NCBI GenBank assembly: GCA_031288595.1
Contig: JAITRB010000016.1
Span: 60,001 to 92,000, forward strand
DNA length: 32,000 nt
Direction of reading: 5' to 3'
From: Puniceicoccales bacterium
GTDB taxonomy: Bacteria; Verrucomicrobiota; Verrucomicrobiia; Opitutales; JAIRLG01
Under the pieces are notes generated by a model that searched no databases, was not told where the DNA came from, and worked only from the letters and a program-made list of their open reading frames with translations. Of the stretch, positions 8,414-18,149 are shown piece after piece; position 1 is the stretch's first letter; each line of letters begins with the position of its first letter. The translations under genes were made by a program, and so were the position numbers.

Positions 8414-8644
8414 CTTTCCCTCTTTCGACTTTCGGCCTAGATGGAATTTCTGGAGGGAAGAAAGGTGCGGACCGGCTCTCTAAAACTTCCGCCTTAGGCT
8501 TTTTTCGGTGGAGTTTTGAGCCTGAGTGTTCCGAAAAGGAGCTTTTCCCCTTCCATACCAGATTCCGGCTTGAGGGGATTGTTTGGCTCCGAATGAAGGG
8601 AAAGCGTCCCTGCAGAAGTTTGGATTTTTCCAGGGCGGTTCTGT

Positions 8645-8773
8645 CCGCTGCCTTTGGATTCCGGAGGAATCGCCCGCGAAGCGAGCCCCAGAGCAGAAGA
8701 GGAAAAATTTCCCTATGGAGGCAGAGGGGCTGAGAGTCTTTATTTTTCCTCTTCTGCTCTGCAAAGGCAGCGG
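8645..8773 (-). repeat. Four-way-junction intergenic repeat, copy D (inverted orientation)
   Basis: Outer stem: ccgctgcctttg (8645-8656) / caaaggcagcgg (8762-8773). Short arm: gattcc-gga-ggaatc (8657-8671). GC arm: gcccgc-gaa-gcgagc (8672-8686), one mismatch. Long arm: cagagcagaagaggaaaaat/atttttcctcttctgctctg (8689-8708/8742-8761), 20 bp with a 33-nt loop. Confidence 0.85.
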
Positions 8774-8886
8774 CGAGTATCCGCAAAAGCATTTGTCTTT
8801 CCCGAAAACAGAAACCCCATCCTGATTCCTGTAAACGGTCCCTTTCCCAAGAAAGTTCCCGAAGCTACGGGAATGGGAGCAGCTCC

Positions 8887-9309
8887 TCAGCGCTTGGAGA
8901 ACTGGAAGTGCTTACGGGCGCCGGGCTGACCGGATTTCTTCCGCTCCTTCATCCGTCCATCCCGACTCAGATGATCGGCCTTTTTCAGGGAAGAGCGCAG
9001 GCTCGCATCCATCTTTTGAAGAGCCCTGGCAATACCCAGGCGAAGCGCACCGGCTTGGCCCTGGATTCCCCCGCCCAGTACCGTCGCCGTCACATCGAAT
9101 TTATCCGTCAATGCCACACACTGCAGCGGAGAAATGGCTTCCCGACGGGCACTTTCGAGGCAGAGGTAGTGCTCCCAAGCCCGTCCGTTGATGAGAAATT
9201 TCCCTTCGCCGGCCCGAAGCCGTACCTTAGCCACCGCTGCCTTGCGCCGACCGGTACCGAGAAATTCCGCCGCCGCTTCCGTCCCAACGCTCCTCTCATC
9301 GGATGCCAT
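8887..9309 (-). CDS. rpsI: 30S ribosomal protein S9
   Basis: GRRKAAVAKVRL, GGGIQGQAGALRLGIARAL and the C-terminal ARKHFQFSKR are canonical S9 blocks. It lies 11 nt downstream of rplM. Confidence 0.95.
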   Translation of the reverse strand: MASDERSVGTEAAAEFLGTGRRKAAVAKVRLRAGEGKFLINGRAWEHYLCLESARREAISPLQCVALTDKFDVTATVLGGGIQGQAGALRLGIARALQKMDASLRSSLKKADHLSRDGRMKERKKSGQPGARKHFQFSKR

Positions 9310-9320
9310 AGAATTTGAAC

Positions 9321-9752
9321 TTAAATTTCCAGTGGGATGGGATTCTGGGCCTCATGGGGATGCGTCGCTCCCGCGTAGACCTTCAGCTTTTTGAACATGG
9401 TGCTGGCGAGGCGATTCTTGGGCAACATCCCTTTGACCGCGTGTTCGACGAGAAAGCAGGGCCTCCGCGTCCGCAGGGTCTTTGCCGAGAAACGCCTCTC
9501 ATTGCCCTGGTACATGGAGTAGAACATGTAATCCTTGTCCTCATCCTTTTTCCCAGTCAGACGTACCTTCTCCGCATTCACGATGACGACGAAATCCCCC
9601 TCATCCATGTGCGGCGTGTAGCTGACCTTGTGCCGCCCGCGCAGAACATTGGCCACCTTGACCGCTAGACGCCCCAAGTTCCCCTTGGCCGCATCGACGA
9701 GGAACCACTTCTTCGCGTTCATGTCCACCTTTTTGACCAGCGTCGTTTTCAT
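9321..9752 (-). CDS. rplM: 50S ribosomal protein L13
   Basis: KKWFLVDAAKGNLGRLAVKVANVLRGRHK...YTPHMDEGDFVVIVNAEKV is canonical L13. Confidence 0.95.
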   Translation of the reverse strand: MKTTLVKKVDMNAKKWFLVDAAKGNLGRLAVKVANVLRGRHKVSYTPHMDEGDFVVIVNAEKVRLTGKKDEDKDYMFYSMYQGNERRFSAKTLRTRRPCFLVEHAVKGMLPKNRLASTMFKKLKVYAGATHPHEAQNPIPLEI

Positions 9753-9843
9753 CGGAGCATCAGCAACTGAGCTGCAAGCTAGAGTCCTCGCTCCTCTCTG
9801 TCAAACTTTTTTCTCTTAACAGCGGGCGGATTTACTCCTGGGT

Positions 9844-10188
9844 TCAGCCCGGTGGCCAGCCCATGGATCGGCCGGCGAGGAGGTGGATGTGCAGATGTGG
9901 CACCGTTTCTCCGGCCATGCGCCCGTTATTGATGACGAGGCGATAGCCATCGGTGAGCTTTTCCCTTGCGGCAAAGGCTCTGGCCGTGAGCAATAGCTTC
10001 CCGAGCAATGCCGCCTCCTCTTCCTCTGCCTCAGAAATGCGCGGAATGGGTTTCTTGGGAATGATGAGCGCGTGGACAGGAGCCTGAGGAGCGATGTCCT
10101 TGATGACGAGAGCCTCTTCGGTCTCCAGGAGAATTTCGGCCGGAATCTTCCGGCAGATGATCTTTTGAAAAAGGGTCAATTCCTCCAT
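9844..10188 (-). CDS. HIT-family (histidine triad) nucleotide hydrolase
   Basis: LFQKIICRKIPAEIL at the N-terminus, the histidine triad HLHIHLLAG near the C-terminus, and 114 aa in length. Confidence 0.85.
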   Translation of the reverse strand: MEELTLFQKIICRKIPAEILLETEEALVIKDIAPQAPVHALIIPKKPIPRISEAEEEEAALLGKLLLTARAFAAREKLTDGYRLVINNGRMAGETVPHLHIHLLAGRSMGWPPG

Positions 10189-10414
10189 ATCTCTCTGTGA
10201 AAAGCCATGAGATTATTAGTCTTGCGGACTATCTCTCCACTTCAAGTTTTAAAAAGTTCCCGTAAAGGAGCGGAGTTTAATCTTCAGAAAAGCAGACGGC
10301 TTGGGGGAGGATAGGCCAGAATCCTTCAGGGACTTTCCCTATATTTTCCTTTTGTCAGTCGGGACAAAATCTTTATCCTAAGCCGTTGCAAACGGAGACC
10401 TTCGGAATAAGGAG

Positions 10415-12253
10415 ATGGGAGATTCACCGCAGATTACTCGCTCTACCGGGCTTGCACCGCTTGGGCCAAGTGAAGGGATCCAAGGCCGTCCTTCGATTGC
10501 GCTCTTAAAGAGAGATCGACAGGTCTCTCTTTCGGCGGAACAGCAACCCAGTATCCCGGTGCAGCCACTTAGCCTCAGGTCTCATCCCCAGAATCGTAGG
10601 CAGAATGAGGGATTGGATGCCATAGGGGAAACATTGACTGGGGCGAGCGCTACTGGCGATCTTCAGAACTTACGCGATCGACTGGATGAGGCTCGGAAAA
10701 AATGGCAGTCCGGTGGAGCTGATTCTTTTGCCGAACTGGCCGAAGTGCTCGCGGATATTGCTTCAACTTTGGCGCAATCCCCAGCGGGATTGGATGGGAA
10801 AACCTCGCAGGCGATCTTGGATCTTTTGTATGGGGATATCGATCCATCGGCGAAAGATTCGCCTCTTTCGCCGGAAGAGTTTCGCAGTTGTGTGAACGCT
10901 TTGGCTCAGCTGGTGGGTGAAGTGAAGGCCATTATAGGAGAATCCCATCCTGTGCTGGATCTATTTCATTTTTCTCCCCAAGAAGGCCGTGAAGTGGCCG
11001 TTGTTTTCAGGAATAGTGATGGGGAACTGATGGCCCTGCAAGGCGAGGGAACAGGCGATGGAATCCAAGTCGAGGGAAAAGCAGAGCGACTGGCAGATTT
11101 CGTCACCAAGCATGCTGATGTTGATATCCCATTATTAGTTGTTCCCCGAGAGATCGTTTCAGGAGATTCCCTAGAAACAGATGCCGAGCTTAGGGCAAGT
11201 GCAGCGAGCACAGATCGAGAGATGCTGAACCTTAAAATTAGAGGCAGTGTATATACTGTTCCCGCGGGAGCTCTTCAGGGGACAGATGTGGAGTATGCCC
11301 GAGAGGCGATAGAGAGAGGTTTGAAGTCTTTGCAGAAGATCATGGCTGGCAATCCTGATGAGTTACGGAAAAATTCTCCCATTCATTCACGTCAGGACAT
11401 GGCGGATCTTATGTGGGCATTGGATGCAGAAGCCTGGAAGATCAGTCCCAGATACCAGGCTAGCGGGAGTGCGATGTATGTGTCCGATGCGGAGAATAAA
11501 ATATACGCGGCCCTATTGGGAGCGAAAGATGGAGAAGGGAAACCGTTTGCCTATTTCCGTGGAGGGAAGAACGACAGCTCTCATCTGCAGCCTTTTCCAA
11601 ACAGCAAAGCCTCGCAGTATGGATTCAATGCCTATGAGGATGGAGCATCGGCAACGGACCCGAGGGAGGTCAAGTTGCCCTATGGGAAAAATACGCTGTT
11701 ATTCGGTAAATTGGAAAAGACTGAGAGCGGTTTTGGCAAAAATCGAAGCTTTATAAAGCTTGAAAGCTACGGGACAGACAGCCGAGGGACGGGTATCAAG
11801 GCCCGCTGGAATTCCTTTAAGAATCTGTTATGCCACGGTTTGGAATGGTTCACAAAGTGCCTCTGTGGTATCGATTCCTCTACTAGGGAAAGTAATTTCA
11901 CAGAGAAGACGACCTCTATTCACAGAGCGGTCTCTTCCTTCTGCGAAGAGCATGGCAATGGAGTCGAGGGTGATTTCTGGAATGGCCTAAAATCAGCTGC
12001 CGAGCGCGGTTTAACTGCATTGGCTCAGCATGTCGAAAAACTCAAGGCAATGGATCTCCCCCCAAAGCAAGCTGCGTTCCTCATGGAACTCGAGGGAAGC
12101 ATCAATCGCCAACTTGAAGGGAGCATTTTAAAAGAGCATCAACTAGAAACCCTAGAAGAATGGCAGTCGAGCGGGGAGGGGGATGGACAATCGGCGTTAG
12201 CCTATTTCGCCAGGCACGATCAATCCGGAAGGGAGATCATTTTGGATCTATGA
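10415..12253 (+). CDS. Hypothetical protein, 612 aa, no recognisable domain; compositionally atypical
   Basis: A single long ORF with no competing frame. The first 100 aa or so are Ser/Pro/Gln-rich with no hydrophobic signal peptide. It contains an internal short duplication (LFGKLEKTESGFG / SFIKLESYGTDSRG). It uses rare-looking codons (tta, aga, ata). Hand-counted lines are far less GC-rich than the flanks (22/60 at 11701-11760 and 29/60 at 11221-11280, against 38/60 in dnaE at 13501-13560). Confidence 0.75.
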   Translation: MGDSPQITRSTGLAPLGPSEGIQGRPSIALLKRDRQVSLSAEQQPSIPVQPLSLRSHPQNRRQNEGLDAIGETLTGASATGDLQNLRDRLDEARKKWQSGGADSFAELAEVLADIASTLAQSPAGLDGKTSQAILDLLYGDIDPSAKDSPLSPEEFRSCVNALAQLVGEVKAIIGESHPVLDLFHFSPQEGREVAVVFRNSDGELMALQGEGTGDGIQVEGKAERLADFVTKHADVDIPLLVVPREIVSGDSLETDAELRASAASTDREMLNLKIRGSVYTVPAGALQGTDVEYAREAIERGLKSLQKIMAGNPDELRKNSPIHSRQDMADLMWALDAEAWKISPRYQASGSAMYVSDAENKIYAALLGAKDGEGKPFAYFRGGKNDSSHLQPFPNSKASQYGFNAYEDGASATDPREVKLPYGKNTLLFGKLEKTESGFGKNRSFIKLESYGTDSRGTGIKARWNSFKNLLCHGLEWFTKCLCGIDSSTRESNFTEKTTSIHRAVSSFCEEHGNGVEGDFWNGLKSAAERGLTALAQHVEKLKAMDLPPKQAAFLMELEGSINRQLEGSILKEHQLETLEEWQSSGEGDGQSALAYFARHDQSGREIILDL

Positions 12254-15200
12254 CCTCACAAGTTGTAATGTCTGAAACTTGTTTGAGCTAGAGTTATACT
12301 TGCTCAAGTCTCGGCAGCGGATTCCCATTCGACGAACGGCCTGAAATTGCTGCTCCAGTTGGCGGAGGCGCGGGAACTTGAATGGGCACTGGAAGGAAAG
12401 GGGCAGGGGAATTTCCAGAAATCGTTCCTCATCGGGGAAATAGAAGCGGAGCTGCAACGTGCAGGAGCCACTCTGCTCCTGGATGAATGCATGGAGGGCG
12501 TCGAGGAAGGCATCGATGTCCGCAGCCGAGCTGTCCAGCTCCCAGAAAATTTCCCGTACAAGCTGGGAAAGTGCTTCGTCCATGGGCTGGATCTCGCTGA
12601 CGCTGAGGCGAATTTCCTCATTTTGCCGCCGGACGCTCCCCTGAACGATGAAACTGTCCCCTTCGCTCAAGCGCTGGATGACCCGCTCGTAGGTATCGGG
12701 GAAACAACTCATGGCCCAGACGCGGTCGCGGGTCTCGAGGTCGAAGGTGGCCCAGGGGCGTTGGTCGCGAACGGGTCCGGCCGTGGGGCAGGAGCTTCGG
12801 GCGATGCGCTGGGTGAAGCGTTTTTGGAGATTCTGCAGAACGCCACAGAGGCGAAAGTGAGCCTGGTGTGCCTGTTCGTGAAGCCGATTTTCCGCCGGTG
12901 AATTGATGGCTTCCAAGAGAGTTCCATAGGGCGCCAGGGGATGACCGGTGACGTAGAAACCCAGTAGTTCCTTCTCGTGGCGCCACTTCTCCTGGGGAGG
13001 CATCGCCATCGTCGGAACGGGGGAAGCAGAGGCCGTTGCGGCGGTTTCCGGAGCCTCCGGGAGCTCGGACCAAAGATCGAAGAGCTGAGATTGCCCCGCA
13101 TCGCGGTCTTTTTGCAGCGAGGAGGCCTCGGCCATGGCGGTGTCGAGACCATCGAGCAGGGACTGTCGGTCTTCGCCCCACTCATCGAAACTGCCACATT
13201 TGATCAGGGATTCCAGCACGCGTCGGTTGACCGTGTGCAGGTCGACACGCCGCAGAAAGTCCCGAAAGCTCTTGAAGGCTCTATGCCCTTCCCGTTCGAC
13301 TAAAATGTTCTTCGAAGCCGCTTCTCCTACACCCTTGATGGCCGCCAATCCGAAGCGAATGCATGACTTTTCCAAGTTCGGAGTGAAATCTTCCAGCGAT
13401 TCATTGATGTTCGGGGCTAGGATCGGGATTTCCATCCGGCGACACTCGGCGATGAAAGTCGCCATTTTATCCGCATTACCCAACTCGGCCGAGAGCAGGG
13501 CCGCCATGAAGGCAACGGGGTAGTGCGCCTTGAGGTAGGCGGTTTGGTAGGCGATGACGGCGTAGGCGGCGGAGTGGGACTTATTGAAGCCATAGCCGGC
13601 AAATTTTTCCAGAATGTCAAAAATCTCCTCAGCCTTGATTCTGGGTATGCGGTGGTGCTTGCGGGCGCCCTCGATGAAAACCGCCCGCTGCTTGGCCATT
13701 TCCTCCACCTTTTTCTTCCCCATGGCGCGCCGCAGGATGTCCGCACCGCCGAGGGTATAGCCGGCGATGACCCGGGCGGCCTCCATGACCTGTTCCTGAT
13801 AGACCAGGATGCCGTAGGTTTCTCGGCAGATCTGCTCCAGCAGCGGGTGTGGATAGCGGATTTTTGCTGGATCTTTTTTGCCGGCGACGTAGGCCGGAAT
13901 CCACTCCATGGGCCCTGGCCGGTAGAGGGCACTCAAGGCACTGATCTCCTCGACGCTGGAGATCTCGAATTTTCGGCAAAGGGACCGCATGCCCTCCGAC
14001 TCCAATTGAAAGATACCGGTGGTCTCCCCGCTGTTGAGCAGGGCATAGGTCGCCGCATCGTCGAGCGGAATGTCGAGGATGTGGAAGTCCGGCTGCCGGG
14101 TGTGCAGCTGCACGTGCCGCTCGGCATCGGCGATGACGGTGAGGGTCTTGAGGCCCAGAAAATCCATCTTCAGCAGACCCAATTCTCCCACCGGTTCCAT
14201 GGAGAACTGCGTCGTCAAGCTGCCCTCCTGCAGGCAGACCGGAATGTGCTGCTCGATGGGACGGTCGGAGATCAGGATGCCGCAGGCGTGGGAGCCGGTG
14301 TTGCGCACCATACCTTCGATCACCTTGCCCTCCTCGATGATCTTCTGGGCCGTCGGGTTGCGCCGCACCTCCTGCTGGAGTTCTGGGGATTTCTGCAGGG
14401 CCTCTTCGAGGGTGATCTTCAGATCGTCCGGCACCATCTTGGCCATGTTATTCGCTTCGGAGTAGGGGATGTCATGCACTCGACAGAGGTCGCGCAGAAC
14501 CATTTTTGCCCCGAAGGTGCCGAAGGTGATGATGTTGGCCACCCTATCCGCGCCGTACTTCTGGCGCACGTAGCCGATGACCTCTTCGCGCCGCCGCATG
14601 CAGAAGTCGATGTCGAAGTCCGGTGGCGAAACGCGCTCGGGATTGAGAAAGCGCTCGAAGAGCAGGCCGAAGGCGATGGGGTCAATGTCCGTGATGCGCA
14701 GGACATAGGCGACGAGACAGCCAGCTCCCGAGCCCCGGCCTGGGCCGACGGAAATGTGATGCTGTCGGGCCCAGGCGATGAAGTCCCAGACGATGAGGAA
14801 GTAGTCGAGGAATCCGGTTTCCTCGATGGTGCGCAGCTCGTAATCCATGCGCTCGCAGAGCATTTTCTGGCGTTTCGAAGGGGCGTCCTTCCCCGTGAGC
14901 ATTTCTGGATTTTGGTAGGAAATGCCGTAGCGCTCCTGGAGACCCTGAACGCAGAGTGCGCGCAGGTGGGCCGCGTGGTCTCCTCGGTAGAGAGTAAGTT
15001 CTGCCGGGCTCTGGTGAAAGACGGGATAATGGTTCTCGCCATAGGGCAGCCGGAACTCGCAGCACTCCGCGACCCGAAGGGTATTGTCCAGCGCGTCCGG
15101 ACGTTCGCCGAAAATAGCCTCCATCTCCGCCCGAGACTTGAGGTAGAACTGGCGCGACGACATGCGCATGCGCTCGGCGTCCTGAATGCGGGAAGCAGTC

Positions 15201-15871
15201 TGGATGCAGAGCAGGGCATCCTGGGCCTCCCAATCCTGAGCCTTGACGTAATGCGCATCATTCGTCGCGACGACGGGCACCCCAGCCTCGTCCGCCAGCC
15301 GGAAGAGCTGAGGAAGGATCTCCGCCTGCTCGGGCATGCCGTGGTTCTGGACTTCGACAAAGAGGCGCTCGCGGCCAAAGATGTCGATGAGACGGTAAAG
15401 ACCGGATTTGGCCTCGTCGTAGAGGCCTTTGCGGAGCCTGTCGGACAGGTAGCCCTGCAGGCAACCGGTGAGACAGAGAAGGTCTTGGGCATTCTCGGCT
15501 ATGGTCTGCCAGTTGATGCGCGGTTTGTAGTAAAATCCCTGGGTGTGGGCCAGCGAGACCAGGTGCGAGAGGCGGCGATAGCCCTCCAGGGTTTGGGCGA
15601 TGAGCTCCAGATGATAGAGTGGAAAACGCTCCCGAACGCGAAAATCCTCCGAGAAGAGTGTGTAGAATTCGCAACCGATGAGGGGTTTTATCCCGTATTT
15701 CTCCGCTTCTTTGATGAAGCTAGGGATGGCGAAGACATTGCCATGATCGGTCATGGCCACCGCCGGCATGCCGAGTTTATGGACATGTTCCAGAAGCCGG
15801 TCGATGCGACAGGCCCCGTCGAGCAGGCTATAGTCGGTGTGGACGTGGAGATGGACGAAATTTTTCTCCAT
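12248..15871 (-). CDS. dnaE: DNA polymerase III alpha subunit
   Basis: N-terminal PHP domain [16 protein letters not shown], a polymerase core ([29 protein letters not shown]) and HhH/OB regions; 1207 aa. Its stop (rc of 12248-12250) overlaps the stop of the convergent 612-aa ORF. Confidence 0.97.
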   Translation of the reverse strand: MEKNFVHLHVHTDYSLLDGACRIDRLLEHVHKLGMPAVAMTDHGNVFAIPSFIKEAEKYGIKPLIGCEFYTLFSEDFRVRERFPLYHLELIAQTLEGYRRLSHLVSLAHTQGFYYKPRINWQTIAENAQDLLCLTGCLQGYLSDRLRKGLYDEAKSGLYRLIDIFGRERLFVEVQNHGMPEQAEILPQLFRLADEAGVPVVATNDAHYVKAQDWEAQDALLCIQTASRIQDAERMRMSSRQFYLKSRAEMEAIFGERPDALDNTLRVAECCEFRLPYGENHYPVFHQSPAELTLYRGDHAAHLRALCVQGLQERYGISYQNPEMLTGKDAPSKRQKMLCERMDYELRTIEETGFLDYFLIVWDFIAWARQHHISVGPGRGSGAGCLVAYVLRITDIDPIAFGLLFERFLNPERVSPPDFDIDFCMRRREEVIGYVRQKYGADRVANIITFGTFGAKMVLRDLCRVHDIPYSEANNMAKMVPDDLKITLEEALQKSPELQQEVRRNPTAQKIIEEGKVIEGMVRNTGSHACGILISDRPIEQHIPVCLQEGSLTTQFSMEPVGELGLLKMDFLGLKTLTVIADAERHVQLHTRQPDFHILDIPLDDAATYALLNSGETTGIFQLESEGMRSLCRKFEISSVEEISALSALYRPGPMEWIPAYVAGKKDPAKIRYPHPLLEQICRETYGILVYQEQVMEAARVIAGYTLGGADILRRAMGKKKVEEMAKQRAVFIEGARKHHRIPRIKAEEIFDILEKFAGYGFNKSHSAAYAVIAYQTAYLKAHYPVAFMAALLSAELGNADKMATFIAECRRMEIPILAPNINESLEDFTPNLEKSCIRFGLAAIKGVGEAASKNILVEREGHRAFKSFRDFLRRVDLHTVNRRVLESLIKCGSFDEWGEDRQSLLDGLDTAMAEASSLQKDRDAGQSQLFDLWSELPEAPETAATASASPVPTMAMPPQEKWRHEKELLGFYVTGHPLAPYGTLLEAINSPAENRLHEQAHQAHFRLCGVLQNLQKRFTQRIARSSCPTAGPVRDQRPWATFDLETRDRVWAMSCFPDTYERVIQRLSEGDSFIVQGSVRRQNEEIRLSVSEIQPMDEALSQLVREIFWELDSSAADIDAFLDALHAFIQEQSGSCTLQLRFYFPDEERFLEIPLPLSFQCPFKFPRLRQLEQQFQAVRRMGIRCRDLSKYNSSSNKFQTLQLVRS

Positions 15872-16080
15872 GGCGATGAGCGAGAGGAAGATATTCCTCG
15901 AAAAAGAGCCGGAAGGTCAAGGCCGCTTGTGGAAGGAAAGTCCAATCCGTTTCTCTTGGAGCCCCTCCATTCCTTGGGGGATAGAGGGTTGTCTAGAAAC
16001 TGTCTGGACTGAGAAGAACTCGCAGGCTCTCTTCCAGATCCGGGAAATTTCGCCGAAGCCCGCTGGCTCTCATTTTTTTT

Positions 16081-16170
16081 AGCTGGCTTTGCCCCAGGCC
16101 GCTGGCACAGCCATCGGCCTGGGGCGGCCCGCGCAGCGGGCAGCGATTCTGAAAGAATCGAAAGCCAGCT
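16081..16170 (+). repeat. Four-way-junction intergenic repeat, copy E
   Basis: Outer stem: agctggcttt (16081-16090) / aaagccagct (16161-16170). Long arm: ccccaggccg/cggcctgggg (16092-16101/16115-16124), 13-nt loop. GC arm: gcccgc-gca-gcgggc (16127-16141). Short arm: gattct-gaa-agaatc (16145-16159). Confidence 0.85.
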
Positions 16171-16385
16171 GGCGAAGACCTCTCCCACCTCATTGACCGC
16201 TCTCCACCGCAGAAAAACGAAAGCCTCATCGCTCGTGAGGAGAAGAGTCTAGCTTCGGTGTGAAGGTCTGTTGCTTGAGTCGGGCACCGCGTTCGACGCG
16301 CTCCGTCTCGAATTTGAAGCTGGTGTCCCGCGGGAGGGACGGAGGGCCGAATCCATTTTCCACCGGCAGAGCTCCCGAACTAAAA

Positions 16386-16452
16386 GCCCCCATGAAAAGG
16401 GTGAGCTCCCATTTTTTATACGTGTTCATGGGGCTTTGGATCCCGAAGGGAT
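16386..16452 (+). repeat. Degenerate or partial relative of the repeat family (copy I)
   Basis: gcccccatgaa (16386-16396) pairs with ttcatggggc (16425-16434), with one bulge. This is the same ccccatgaa arm as in copies A and B. It is followed directly by tttg and by gatccc-gaa-gggat (16439-16452). No GC arm or convincing outer stem is present. Confidence 0.55.
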
Positions 16453-16518
16453 ATGACGGGATGCATTGGAATTGTGACGGGATAAAAGGGAAAAAACGCT
16501 GCGATTATTCGGCATCAG

Positions 16519-17763
16519 CTATCCAGAAAAGCCCTTGATGAGAGTGACGAGTGGGAGGAAGAGCCCGACGACGATGGAGCCGACAAAGACGGCTAAACCT
16601 GCGATCATGATCGGCTCGAGCAGCTTCGTCATCTGCTGGATGCTCTCATTGAGTTGGTATTCATAGGTCTCCGCTACGCGGTTCATCATCTCCCCGATGC
16701 TGCCCGTTTGATCTCCCATGGCCATCAGCCCCTGGGCCATGGCTGGGAATACCTGATGGCGCCGGAAAGCCTCGGCAAAGCTTATGCCGTGCGTGAGATC
16801 ATCGACCACGTAGTCCAGTGCCTGGCGGATAGTGGCGTTTTTAACACCTCCTTTGGCGAGTTGCAGGGACTCCAGCAGTGGCGCACCGCAGTGGAGCAAT
16901 TCGCCGAAGGTACGGGTAAAAAGGACGATGTTCCACTCGGTGACCATGGTCTTCAGGATGGTAATTTTAAAGAATACGCGTTCACAGAGAATGCCAAAGC
17001 GCTTCCACTTCCTCAGGGAGAACAGGGATGGAAACACACACAGGAGCGTGATGAGGATGGATTTCCAGTTGGCCAGCAACCAGCGGCTGGCTCCGAGGAT
17101 GCAGGCCGTGAGCTTCGGCATGCCCTCGGGGCCGACTTGTTCGGCCAGGATCGATTCGAAACGGGGAATGACGAAAAGCGTCAGAATGGAAACGATGATG
17201 GCGGCGGCAAATAGGACGAATAGGGGATAGAAAGAAGCAGATATGATGGCTCTACGGATACGCGCGCTCTTGATGATCAGTTCGGAGAGATGGGAGAGGG
17301 CCTGAGGTAGTTTGCCGACCGATTCGCCAGCACGGATCATCGCAATTTCATGAGCCTCGAAATTGGCCTTTATGCTCTTAAGGGCATCGGAGAGACTTTC
17401 GCCCGAATCGATGTGCCGGATAAGGGATTTCAAGAAATCAGCCATGCGGGAAGAGCGAGATTCCTGGATCAGGAGAATCCCCAGACTGGCCCTCAGCTCC
17501 ATGCCGGCATTCATGAGGATAGCCAATTGCTGGATCAGCTGTGATTTTTGCTCTTTGGGGAGGCGCTTGGCTCGTCCAGGTGTTCGCCTGATGAGGGCAT
17601 TACTGTGGCTTTTCGTCCGCGCTTGGGTCTTCAGTGTCTCCAGAAGAAGGATGCGATGTCCGGCATCTTGGAATCGCTTCTCCAACTCCCATTGGCTCTG
17701 ACTCTCGACCTTCCCGTAGAAGCGCTTCCCGCTCGGGTCCTCTGTTACGTAACGAAAAAGCAT
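16519..17763 (-). CDS. gspF: Type II secretion / type IV pilus platform protein, GspF/PilC family
   Basis: Two T2SSF-type repeats with three hydrophobic segments. From M52 the protein reads MLFRYVTEDPSGKRFYGKVESQSQWELEKRFQDAGHRILLLE, the typical GspF N-terminus. The track start at 17916 adds 51 residues that read into repeat copy F. I therefore place the start at the ATG at 17763-17761. Confidence 0.85.
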   Translation of the reverse strand: MLFRYVTEDPSGKRFYGKVESQSQWELEKRFQDAGHRILLLETLKTQARTKSHSNALIRRTPGRAKRLPKEQKSQLIQQLAILMNAGMELRASLGILLIQESRSSRMADFLKSLIRHIDSGESLSDALKSIKANFEAHEIAMIRAGESVGKLPQALSHLSELIIKSARIRRAIISASFYPLFVLFAAAIIVSILTLFVIPRFESILAEQVGPEGMPKLTACILGASRWLLANWKSILITLLCVFPSLFSLRKWKRFGILCERVFFKITILKTMVTEWNIVLFTRTFGELLHCGAPLLESLQLAKGGVKNATIRQALDYVVDDLTHGISFAEAFRRHQVFPAMAQGLMAMGDQTGSIGEMMNRVAETYEYQLNESIQQMTKLLEPIMIAGLAVFVGSIVVGLFLPLVTLIKGFSG

Positions 17764-17864
17764 GGTCCCATCCCAATGAATTGTAAGGGGAAAGCATTTT
17801 CCTGTCGAGGGAGAAGCTTCGGAAGGAGGTCGCGAAGGACTTCGGTGTTTTGGAAACAGTCTTC

Positions 17865-17969
17865 GTCCTGCCGCCTTTACGCCCTTGGCCAGGAAGGGCT
17901 TGCCCTTCCTGGCCAAGGGCGCCGCCCGCGCAGCGGGCGGGAACCTTTCAGGTTCAAAGGCGGCAGGAC
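17865..17969 (+). repeat. Four-way-junction intergenic repeat, copy F
   Basis: Outer stem: gtcctgccgccttt (17865-17878) / aaaggcggcaggac (17956-17969), 14 bp. Long arm: gcccttggccaggaaggg/cccttcctggccaagggc (17881-17898/17903-17920), loop cttg. GC arm: ccgcccgc-gca-gcgggcgg (17922-17940). Short arm: gaacct-ttc-aggttc (17941-17955). Confidence 0.85.
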
Positions 17970-18149
17970 ACCTGAGAAGGCAGCGCGTCTGGAAAGGAGG
18001 CCTTTCCCTTCTCCTGGCTTCCCCTGGTCGCCGCTGGAGCGGATATGCGGCTTCGGAGGCCTCGGGATAATTTGAGGGGCAGCGGGATGCGCTTTACATG
18101 GGGGGGATCTTTGCTACTAGAGGATTTAAAAACTCGAGGAAAGAGCGCG

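Noticed and set aside
8795-8825. acagaaacccc string reminiscent of the 3' conserved region of RNase P RNA
   Set aside because: The GAGGAAAGUCCGGGC core and the other RNase P conserved regions are absent nearby on both strands.
14419-15492. 357-aa minus-strand ORF inside dnaE
   Set aside because: It is an out-of-frame overlap with dnaE. The translation is Ser/Arg/Pro/Thr-rich and shows no family features.
13523-16012. 829-aa ORF on the plus strand, the longest ORF after dnaE
   Set aside because: It lies entirely antisense to dnaE, whose identity is unambiguous. Its translation is low-complexity and Gly/Val/Asp/His-rich with no motifs. Long stop-free antisense frames are expected opposite GC-rich, codon-biased genes.
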